Of a stretch of DNA of 39,847 nucleotides, positions 32,533 to 39,847 are shown in pieces. The DNA is from a virus (Duplodnaviria > Heunggongvirae > Uroviricota > Caudoviricetes), in IMG/VR virus record IMGVR_UViG_3300046519_000060, positions 128,001-167,847 of that record. One strand, 5' to 3'. Position numbers and translations under genes: made by a program. The notes below the pieces were generated by a model that worked only from the letters and a program-made list of their open reading frames with translations, was not told where the DNA came from and did no database searches. How positions within the stretch are numbered: position 1 is the first letter of the stretch; each line of letters starts with the position of its first letter.

Positions 32533-32855
32533 TGGACATTAAGCGAGAACTGAGGAACTTGGTTCCCGAGAAGGTTCATCTTCATGGCCGGAATCTCGTC
32601 ACGCATGACTACCTAAAGTACATGTACACGGACAACTATGAACTGAGGGAACACGTCAACCGTGACCTAGCATATGACTTGTCCAACCTGATCTTGGATG
32701 ACAAGAAGGATGCGTTCACTGAGAGCGAACATCCAGAAGGGCGACTGTACAGCGCAGACTTGGTAGTTTTCAGTCCTGACGAGTGGCGTAAATATCAGTC
32801 CGATCTATACAACCTGTTTTACGGGGTGCAAAGCTGCCCTGAAATCTACGAATGA
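32532..32855 (+). CDS. hypothetical protein
   Basis: TGATG coupling. Confidence 0.65.
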   Translation: MDIKRELRNLVPEKVHLHGRNLVTHDYLKYMYTDNYELREHVNRDLAYDLSNLILDDKKDAFTESEHPEGRLYSADLVVFSPDEWRKYQSDLYNLFYGVQSCPEIYE

Positions 32856-33682
32856 CAATCGAAGCAAAAATCATCGCTGACTCGTTCTACTACGTTGGCG
32901 ACAAGAAACACCGCATCACCACGTTCCAACTGCGGTATCCCCGGTTCTTCCATGCCGAATTCATGACGCATCGCGTGTTCTCGCGCAATGCTTCGTCGTC
33001 TCGCGCCATCCCGGTCATGAAGATGTTGAAGGACATCTGGACCGATCCGGCCATGCCGATCCATTGGGGCCAAAATCAGGCCGGTATGCAAGCCAAGACC
33101 GAACTGGAAGGCTTCAAGCGTCGTCTCGCTGAAACCCTCTGGCGTGGCGCTGGCAAGGCTGCGTGCATCTTCGCCTATGGCATGAACAAGTTGGGACTGC
33201 ACAAGCAAGTCGCCAACCGAATCACGGAACCGTGGCAGCACATCAGCGTCATCATCACGGCGACTGAACTGGACAACTTCTACGCACTTCGCGATCACCC
33301 GGACGCACAGCCCGAGATTCGTGACCTTGCGCAGAAGATGAAAGCCGCACAAGACGCATCGACGCCACGCGAACTGAAATCCGGTGAGTGGCACTTGCCG
33401 TACTGTTCGGATGCCGAAATCGCTACGTTGCCGCTGGAAGTCTTGAAGAAGATTTCGGCTGCACGATGCGCACGCGTCTCGTATCTGACGCACGATGGTC
33501 TGATGCCTAACGTAGAGAAGGACATCGCACTACATGACCGTCTGGTTGCATCTGAACCGATCCATGCAAGTCCGGTTGAACATCAAGCTACGCCGTCCGG
33601 TGATGATCTGTTCCACAAGAACTTCAAGGGCTTTATCCAGTACCGCGAAGAAGTCGAAGCACAACTGAAACCTACACGATGA
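32852..33682 (+). CDS. thyX: flavin-dependent thymidylate synthase
   Basis: EFMTHRVFSRNASSSRAIP, LR..DAQPEI, ARCARVSY, HASPVEH. Confidence 0.88.
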   Translation: MTIEAKIIADSFYYVGDKKHRITTFQLRYPRFFHAEFMTHRVFSRNASSSRAIPVMKMLKDIWTDPAMPIHWGQNQAGMQAKTELEGFKRRLAETLWRGAGKAACIFAYGMNKLGLHKQVANRITEPWQHISVIITATELDNFYALRDHPDAQPEIRDLAQKMKAAQDASTPRELKSGEWHLPYCSDAEIATLPLEVLKKISAARCARVSYLTHDGLMPNVEKDIALHDRLVASEPIHASPVEHQATPSGDDLFHKNFKGFIQYREEVEAQLKPTR

Positions 33683-33966
33683 AATACACCATTCGCGACG
33701 TACCGTTGATCGAAGCCATGCAATACCCGCACGATGATAGCGACGAACTTCTGATGGAAGAATTCGTTGCGTGGGCGGAACGTTGGCACTTCGAATACAA
33801 GCCCGATCTTGACTATCCGGGTGGTGAAGGTATCAAGTTTCGCCGCAAGCAGACGTTGGACCCGGATGATTGGGTCCATGTGAATCGCGGTGACTACATC
33901 GTTCCCGGATTCGATCACGTCATCTATACGGAATACGAATTCCAACGACGCTTCACGCCCGCATGA
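33679..33966 (+). CDS. hypothetical protein
   Basis: IEAMQY...GDYIV...EFQRRF pattern. Confidence 0.65.
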   Translation: MKYTIRDVPLIEAMQYPHDDSDELLMEEFVAWAERWHFEYKPDLDYPGGEGIKFRRKQTLDPDDWVHVNRGDYIVPGFDHVIYTEYEFQRRFTPA

Positions 33967-34196
33967 AAACGATTATTCACGTCAACCAACACATCATTAA
34001 GTCGAACCGCAAGAACGACACTCGCGAACCGGTTCTGACCGTGAAAACGTACAAAGACAATAAGTACGGGTCCAACGTCTGCATCGTTGATGCTGATGGA
34101 AACTATGTGGCCCGTATTGTCTACTCCCCAGACAAGCCGCTGTCGTGCGGCGCACATGTCTGGATCGAAACCAACCACGAAGTAATTGTGAACTAA
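33963..34196 (+). CDS. conserved phage hypothetical protein
   Basis: IHVNQH...P.LTVK...VYSPDKPLSCGAHVWIET. Confidence 0.75.
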   Translation: MKTIIHVNQHIIKSNRKNDTREPVLTVKTYKDNKYGSNVCIVDADGNYVARIVYSPDKPLSCGAHVWIETNHEVIVN

Positions 34197-34633
34197 TGGC
34201 ATTCGACTACAACGCAGAAGTCCAAGCCAAAATCCAAACCATTATTAAAGAGTACAGAATGAACCAAGCAATCATCGACGCAGCAAACCTTATCACCAAA
34301 GTTTCGCACGACGCATCACTGGCCGCTGGCTGGTGGCATGACCTCAAAACGGGCGAACTGGTCGAACCGAACATCGGTGAAAAGCTGATGCTGATCGTGA
34401 CCGAAGTTGCCGAAGCGTGCGAAGGCGCTCGCAAGAACCTGATGGACGACAAGTTGCCGCATCGCAAGATGATCGAAGTCGAACTGGCTGACGCAGTGAT
34501 CCGCATTGGCGACCTGTGTGGCCGTCTGGGTCTGGACCTCGGTGGCGCAATCGCAGAGAAGCTGGAATTCAACGCTTCCCGCGAAGATCATAAGATCGAA
34601 AATCGCAAGAAGGAAAACGGTAAGCGGTTCTGA
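34196..34633 (+). CDS. MazG-like nucleotide pyrophosphohydrolase
   Basis: LIVTEVAEACE...EVELADAVIRI.D...K..FN..R; alternative start 34259. Confidence 0.8.
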   Translation: MAFDYNAEVQAKIQTIIKEYRMNQAIIDAANLITKVSHDASLAAGWWHDLKTGELVEPNIGEKLMLIVTEVAEACEGARKNLMDDKLPHRKMIEVELADAVIRIGDLCGRLGLDLGGAIAEKLEFNASREDHKIENRKKENGKRF

Positions 34634-34671
34634 CCGGTCAATAAATAGTAACCCGAATTAAGAACGACATC

Positions 34672-35061
34672 ATGTTCACACTGTCTGAAATCAAGTTCGC
34701 CGTGGTATCGGTTGCGCTTGTCAGTGCGATTGGTGGTTCGTTCTTCTACGGTCAGCACACGCAGAAGGAATCCGATGCACTGCTGGCCGTGAAGGACCAA
34801 ACCATCATGCAGACCAAGATCGACAACGAGGCTGCACGACGCAACGACATTTCGCAAAAATTCGAGGACAAGCTTGACAACTTGAAGATCGTCAATACCA
34901 CGATCAACAAGACCGTCACGCAAGAACTTCAAAAGCAAATCTATACGGACTGCAAACTTCCCGCTACGGGAGTTGCCCTTATCAATAGTAACGCCGATCA
35001 ACTGAACGCCGTGCGTCACGGCACTGCTGCATCGGCCCCTGTACCCGCTTCTGCACCATGA
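34672..35061 (+). CDS. inner-membrane spanin (Rz-like)
   Basis: N-terminal TM, coiled coil, late Cys; AATAAATA late element at 34640. Confidence 0.7.
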   Translation: MFTLSEIKFAVVSVALVSAIGGSFFYGQHTQKESDALLAVKDQTIMQTKIDNEAARRNDISQKFEDKLDNLKIVNTTINKTVTQELQKQIYTDCKLPATGVALINSNADQLNAVRHGTAASAPVPASAP

Positions 35062-35333
35062 AAAAACTGATCGCACTTGTGGCGATCTGTGTAAGTCTGA
35101 CGGCGTGTGTGTCTGCACCGCCGACTCCTACCCTTGCACCGATTGCAACCCCTGCTGACCTGACCCGCGTTTGTCCCGACATCCCGTACATTGATGCCGA
35201 TGCTTCGCTTGGCGTGGCGATGACCTACATCACCAATTTCCAAGTCCAGTACAACACATGTGCGATGCGTAATGACTCCCTTCGTGAAGTGACCAGTCCG
35301 CAACAACCACAGTCATCTTCACAAGGGAAATGA
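35058..35333 (+). CDS. outer-membrane spanin lipoprotein (Rz1-like)
   Basis: Lipobox LTAC, Pro-rich, two further Cys. Confidence 0.72.
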   Translation: MKKLIALVAICVSLTACVSAPPTPTLAPIATPADLTRVCPDIPYIDADASLGVAMTYITNFQVQYNTCAMRNDSLREVTSPQQPQSSSQGK

Positions 35334-36337
35334 TGGCAACACCTAACATTCAAAAGAAAACTGACAGTCTTATCACGCAGTACCCGGAAGTCGAAGAATT
35401 CGTCAAGAAGCAATTGTCGATCTTCTGGCTTCCTGACGAAGTGAAGGTCGAGAAGGACGTTCAGGACGTGCTGGTGAATATGATCCCGTCTGAGAAGCAC
35501 GGTGTCACCACTACGTTGAAGCTGTTCACGAAGTACGAACTGAAAGCGGGCGCTGACTACTGGATGGGACGATTCAAGCGCCGCTTCCCGCGTCCCGAGT
35601 TTCAAGAAATGGCCGCAACGTTCGGTATGTTCGAACTGGCGATCCACAAGCGGTTCTACCAGAAGATCAACGAACTGACGTTCCTGCACACGGACGAGTT
35701 CTACAACAGCTACACGGACGATCCTACGCTGTCGTCGCGGATGCAGTTCATTGATGACGTGATTAGCGACAACTCCGATCTGGTATCGCTGGCCGGGTTC
35801 GCGATGATCGAAGGCGCGATCCTCTACAGTTCGTTCGCATTCCTGAAACACTTCCAACAGCAAGGCAAGAACAAGCTGTTGAACATCGTTCGCGGTATCA
35901 ACTTCTCAGTGCGTGACGAGAATCTTCACTCGATGGCGGGTGCATGGATTTTCCAAAAGCTACTGGAAGAAATGAACCCGGATGAAGCGTACCGCGAAAC
36001 CTTGAAGGAACGCATCTACTCGATGGCCCGCGCACTCTATGAGCATGAGTGCCGCATCGTGGACATGATCTTCGAGAAGGGAACCATCCCCGGCATCACG
36101 GCGCATCAGTTGAAGAACTTCGTGATGTCGCGCATCAATGAAGTGTTGAAGAAGCTTGGGTTCGAGAAGCTTGAAAAGGTTGAGTACAACCCGATTGCTG
36201 AATGGTTCTACAAAGCCATCAACAGCTACACGTTCAACGACTTCTTTAGCGGTATGGGAAGTCAATACCATCGTTCATGGGACGAAGAAGCGTTCGTCTG
36301 GAAAACTAAGGCACAGCGAGAAGCGGAATCGACATGA
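35330..36337 (+). CDS. nrdB: ribonucleotide reductase class I beta subunit
   Basis: FWLPDEV, E..IH...Y, IEG..LYSSF, RDENLH. Confidence 0.92.
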   Translation: MMATPNIQKKTDSLITQYPEVEEFVKKQLSIFWLPDEVKVEKDVQDVLVNMIPSEKHGVTTTLKLFTKYELKAGADYWMGRFKRRFPRPEFQEMAATFGMFELAIHKRFYQKINELTFLHTDEFYNSYTDDPTLSSRMQFIDDVISDNSDLVSLAGFAMIEGAILYSSFAFLKHFQQQGKNKLLNIVRGINFSVRDENLHSMAGAWIFQKLLEEMNPDEAYRETLKERIYSMARALYEHECRIVDMIFEKGTIPGITAHQLKNFVMSRINEVLKKLGFEKLEKVEYNPIAEWFYKAINSYTFNDFFSGMGSQYHRSWDEEAFVWKTKAQREAEST

Positions 36338-36828
36338 CACAAGACGAACTGAAACGTTTGGTTCGTTATGAAGATGGAAAGCTGTATTGGTTGGAGACTG
36401 GCACTGGCCGGAAGGCTGGTGCCATCGGATACGTCGAGAACCACGGATACCGTCGAGTAAAGATTGAAGGTATCCGTTATCTGGTCCATCGCTTAGTGTG
36501 GTTGTTCTTTCATGGTGTTATGCCAGAAAATATGATCGACCACATAGACGGCAACAGAGATAACAATCGTGTTGAGAATCTTCGTGAAGTGACGAATGCA
36601 GAGAATCTTCAAAACCAAACGAAGGCTATGAACACGAATTTGACAGGATTCCTTGGAGTCTCGTTCAAGCCACACTTCAACAAATATATCGCCAGAATCA
36701 GGAAAGACGGCAAGTTGACACATCTAGGATCGTTCAACACAGCGGAAGAAGCGCACCAAGCTTACTTGATCGCTAAAGCTTCACTCCATCCGTTCGGCAC
36801 TATCAGTAAGGAACAACATGTCAACTAG
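36334..36828 (+). CDS. HNH homing endonuclease with AP2-like domain
   Basis: HRLVW...IDHIDGNRDNNRVENLR; GVS...A.I...HLGSF..AEEA. Confidence 0.9.
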   Translation: MTQDELKRLVRYEDGKLYWLETGTGRKAGAIGYVENHGYRRVKIEGIRYLVHRLVWLFFHGVMPENMIDHIDGNRDNNRVENLREVTNAENLQNQTKAMNTNLTGFLGVSFKPHFNKYIARIRKDGKLTHLGSFNTAEEAHQAYLIAKASLHPFGTISKEQHVN

Positions 36829-38521
36829 CATTTACGAACAACTATCAGAAGAACGCAAGGCACTCCAAGAACAAGGTTTGGTCCCCGGATGGTACACGTC
36901 CGCAGGGTATCAGATGTTCAAGGACAAGTACGAGTACGAAGTCCACGGACAATCGGTGCGTGGTCAGTTCAAGCGTATCGCTGCTACGGCTGCACAGTAC
37001 CTTCCGGTGAGCATGAGTGAACTTGGCGAACAGTGGTTCTTCAAGCTGCTGTGGAATGGTTGGTTGTCCCCATCGACGCCGGTTCTCGCGAATACCGGCA
37101 CGAATCGCGGTATGAGCGTGTCCTGTTCGGGTGGATTCATTGACGACTCGATCTATGGCTTCTACAAGCACAAGCTGGAAACGGCGATGCTGACGAAGAA
37201 CGGTTTCGGTACGTCCGGCTATCTTGGTGGCGTCCGTCCGCGTGGTTCGTTCATCAGTGTTGGCGGTAAGGCATCGGGCGTTCTGCCGGTCCTCAAAGGT
37301 ATCATCCAAGACATGCGTGATGTCGCGCAAGGCACGGCACGACGCGGCGCATATGCGGGCTACCTTGAAGCGGATCACGGTGACTTCGATGAAGTGTGTG
37401 ACTTCGTGTACAACAACCCGGATGACGCCAACATCGGCTGGATCATCACGGACGAATTCGTAGCACGCCTTGAAGAAGGTGACGCGGACACGCATCGTCG
37501 CTTCCGCAAGATGTTGAAGTTGAAGATGGTTCATGGGAAGGGTTACTTCTTCTTCGTGGACAAAGCGAATCGTCATAGCCCGGAAATGTACAAGAAGCTG
37601 AACCTTCGGGTGAACAACAGCAACCTGTGTTCCGAAATCATGCTGTTCAATGACGCGGATCATACGTTCACCTGCGTATTGTCCTCGATGAACGTGGCGA
37701 AGTATGACGAGTGGAAAGATACGGACGCGGTGTATTGGGCGACCATCTTCCTTGACTGCATCGCAGAAGATTTCATCCAACGCGCCAAGAAGATTCCCGG
37801 CCTTGAAGCTGCGGTTCGCTTCACGCAGAAGGGTCGTGCGCTTGGTCTGGGTCAGTGCGGGTTCCATACCTACCTGAAACAAAACATGATCGCTTACGAG
37901 TCGTTCGAAGCGCACATGAAGAACCTTGAAATCGCGAAGCACATCTGGGACGAATCGCTGCGTGCGTCGCAGTTCATGGCGGTCGAACTTGGTGAACCGG
38001 AATGGTGTAAGGGCTTTGGTGTTCGCAACACGCATCGTATTGCAATCGCTCCTACGAAGTCCACGGCGAATCTGATGGGCGGTGTGTCGGAAGGTATCAA
38101 CCTTGATCCGGCGAACGTCTACACGGCCTCTGGTGCAGCGGGCGAAATGGATCGTATCGACCCTACTCTGCTGGCAGTGATGAAGGCCAAGGGCGTCTAC
38201 AACAAGCGCACCATTGCCGACATCGCAGACAAGCAAGGTTCCGTACAGCACGTCACATGGTTGACGGATGAAGAAAAGGCAGTGTTCCGTACTGCTTTCG
38301 AAATCAACCAGAAGGCGCACGTTCGCATGTGTTCCACTCGCGGTCGATTCGTTGACCAGTGGCAGAGTGTGAACCTGTCGTTCCCGGCAGACGAAGATGA
38401 AGAATGGATTGCAGAAGTCCACCAAGAAATCTTCCTTGACGAGAACATGCTTGCAAGCTACTACATCTACACGTCCGCTGGTGTGCAAGGCGCGAAGGGT
38501 GAATGTGAGGCTTGCCAGTAA
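36818..38521 (+). CDS. nrdA: ribonucleotide reductase class I alpha subunit (no ATP cone)
   Basis: SPSTPVLAN, VSC, RRGA, SNLCSEI, APTKS, YY, C-terminal CEAC. Confidence 0.93.
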   Translation: MSTSIYEQLSEERKALQEQGLVPGWYTSAGYQMFKDKYEYEVHGQSVRGQFKRIAATAAQYLPVSMSELGEQWFFKLLWNGWLSPSTPVLANTGTNRGMSVSCSGGFIDDSIYGFYKHKLETAMLTKNGFGTSGYLGGVRPRGSFISVGGKASGVLPVLKGIIQDMRDVAQGTARRGAYAGYLEADHGDFDEVCDFVYNNPDDANIGWIITDEFVARLEEGDADTHRRFRKMLKLKMVHGKGYFFFVDKANRHSPEMYKKLNLRVNNSNLCSEIMLFNDADHTFTCVLSSMNVAKYDEWKDTDAVYWATIFLDCIAEDFIQRAKKIPGLEAAVRFTQKGRALGLGQCGFHTYLKQNMIAYESFEAHMKNLEIAKHIWDESLRASQFMAVELGEPEWCKGFGVRNTHRIAIAPTKSTANLMGGVSEGINLDPANVYTASGAAGEMDRIDPTLLAVMKAKGVYNKRTIADIADKQGSVQHVTWLTDEEKAVFRTAFEINQKAHVRMCSTRGRFVDQWQSVNLSFPADEDEEWIAEVHQEIFLDENMLASYYIYTSAGVQGAKGECEACQ

Positions 38522-38973
38522 TGGACCTGACCCAGAAGATTTTCTGGGTTAAGCCAAGGTTTGTCGATGTGAAGAAGTCCTTCACAAAGATAGCGGATCG
38601 AACTGTCCCTGCCGGTCGGGGACGGGCTATCCTGATTCGTGACCGCGTGCTGGAAATGGGTGTCGCCTATGACCACGCGCGGATCGCACCAGTGACCGAC
38701 TCCATCTGGCGTCAGCTAGACGATAGTCGGTCATGGTGGACCTTGACTCCCCATGACGTGAATCAAGAACTACTGGCGGAACACGTCCGCGATCCGGTTG
38801 CCACGGTCGGCAACATGGTTGACCAGTTCAATGCTGGCCGCGTCGATGCACCGATCATCGTTACGCACAAGCTACCTCATTCGTCTAGCTATTCCCTTGT
38901 TGTTGGGAATTTGCAACTCATGATCTGTCGTTCCTCAAAAATCATTCCCAAAGCTGTGTTTGTGGAAATTTGA
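38521..38973 (+). CDS. hypothetical protein
   Basis: TAATG coupling. Confidence 0.65.
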   Translation: MDLTQKIFWVKPRFVDVKKSFTKIADRTVPAGRGRAILIRDRVLEMGVAYDHARIAPVTDSIWRQLDDSRSWWTLTPHDVNQELLAEHVRDPVATVGNMVDQFNAGRVDAPIIVTHKLPHSSSYSLVVGNLQLMICRSSKIIPKAVFVEI

Positions 38974-38991
38974 TCCCAAACGTGTTATAAT
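38973..38991 (+). promoter_or_regulatory. extended -10 promoter with box
   Basis: ATCCCAAACG-TGtTATAAT, 6 nt before ATG. Confidence 0.6.
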
Positions 38992-38997
38992 GTCGTT

Positions 38998-39204
38998 ATG
39001 AAAATCCTGAAAGAACAAAATCTCGAATGGCCGGTTCTAGTCGGCCCGCGAGATAGCCTGAGTATCGACTATAACGGCGAGCATGTATGTACGGTCCCCG
39101 TTGGTAATCCGATGCTTATTGACCGCGTTGTAATCTGTGAAATCCAAGACGAATTCGGTTTCAAAACCGGACTCGCAGCATTTATGGGCGAAAGCAAAGA
39201 GTGA
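38998..39204 (+). CDS. hypothetical protein (probably leaderless)
   Basis: ATG at the predicted transcription start. Confidence 0.6.
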   Translation: MKILKEQNLEWPVLVGPRDSLSIDYNGEHVCTVPVGNPMLIDRVVICEIQDEFGFKTGLAAFMGESKE

Positions 39205-39716
39205 GAACCATTTTCCTAGATATGGACGGAGTTTTCGTCTCGTTTGATGAACACTTCCATGAGTTGCATGGCCGCTGGCCCCACGAAGTAGGCGAAGAAA
39301 ACTTCTGGAAGGTGTTCGATACCAAGCGTGACGGTTTCTTCCGCGACTGCTTGCCGTTCGAAGGTCATTTGCAATTCTTGGCAGAAGTGGAAGATGTTGC
39401 TGACCACTTCGGTTTCAAAGTGGAAATGCTGACGGCACTCCCGCGTCGTTCCACACATCCGACTGCGCTTCAAGAAAAGCAAGATTGGATGAATCTACAC
39501 GGCATGAGCCACATTATCATGAACGTTGGTCCCTATGCCATCGACAAGCAGAAGTGGTGCAAACCGGGCGACATCCTGATCGATGACAAAGACCTGAATA
39601 TCATCCAGTGGCGTAATAAAGGTGGTCTGGGGATTCATCATATTCCGGGCGATTTCCTCACGTCCTACCGAACACTTCGGGCTTACGCATCGTCCTGCGA
39701 CCTCTCAGAAGAATGA
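39201..39716 (+). CDS. HAD-family 5'(3')-nucleotidase-like protein
   Basis: FLDMDGV, LT, K, LIDD motifs. Confidence 0.85.
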   Translation: MRTIFLDMDGVFVSFDEHFHELHGRWPHEVGEENFWKVFDTKRDGFFRDCLPFEGHLQFLAEVEDVADHFGFKVEMLTALPRRSTHPTALQEKQDWMNLHGMSHIIMNVGPYAIDKQKWCKPGDILIDDKDLNIIQWRNKGGLGIHHIPGDFLTSYRTLRAYASSCDLSEE

Positions 39717-39847
39717 ACATCCGCGTCCAGTATAACGACGCAAAACGGCTGCTGATCCTCTATTCGGGCGATCAGCTTCTAGCCCTGTATCGGAATATCG
39801 ACTGGACTACAGCACACACGATTTACCAAGGTGTGACCGATGCCGAA
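39713..39847 (+). CDS. hypothetical protein, 3' truncated
   Basis: ATGA overlap; open to window end. Confidence 0.5.
   Translation, partial: MNIRVQYNDAKRLLILYSGDQLLALYRNIDWTTAHTIYQGVTDAE

Noticed and set aside
36845-38488. Long minus-strand ORFs (547 aa here; also 13491-14522, 14507-15550, 18175-19110, 26561-27547)
   Set aside because: Antisense shadows of well-supported + strand genes caused by codon bias; no motifs or RBS
38521-38973. ParB-like partner for ParA (PIIV...YSLVVGN)
   Set aside because: Lacks the GxxR motif and is distant from parA; the adjacent RHH gene already fills that role
1-39847. Stop-codon recoding or suppressor tRNA
   Set aside because: Core genes are intact in the standard code; no CTA, TTA or TCA anticodon tRNA found

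Overview
A 39.8-kb segment of a large T4-superfamily dsDNA phage, probably with a proteobacterial host; almost all genes are on the + strand. Order: small early ORFs behind sigma70 promoters; a tRNA/ncRNA cluster (about 2.4-6.7 kb) with canonical Thr, Ser, Asn, Trp, Phe and Tyr tRNAs, an atypical fMet, several non-canonical CCA-ended tRNA-like RNAs, a glycosyltransferase-like gene, an Acb2-like sponge and an HNH nuclease; an inverted plasmid-type ParA + RHH cassette; more early promoter/ORF modules; Rnl2, Dda, Rnl1 and Pnk kinase; gp43 polymerase, UvsX, gp40, gp41 helicase; a Leu-like tRNA with a 52-nt anticodon insert; late structural-type genes; gp61 primase; ThyX, MazG, spanins, nrdB-HNH-nrdA and a HAD nucleotidase. 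Best candidates for something new: (1) a family of tRNA mimics, including pseudoknot-CCA RNAs and tRNAs with structured inserts whose cryptic anticodon matches their acceptor identity; (2) a type Ib partition cassette plus an orientation-independent ATTCCCRRACSTG box overlapping most sigma70 promoters, hinting at a repressed or episomal state; (3) an orphan antisense consensus promoter driving a structured RNA. All protein calls come from motif recognition and recalled sequences, and all folds were paired by eye. No searches or folding programs were run.
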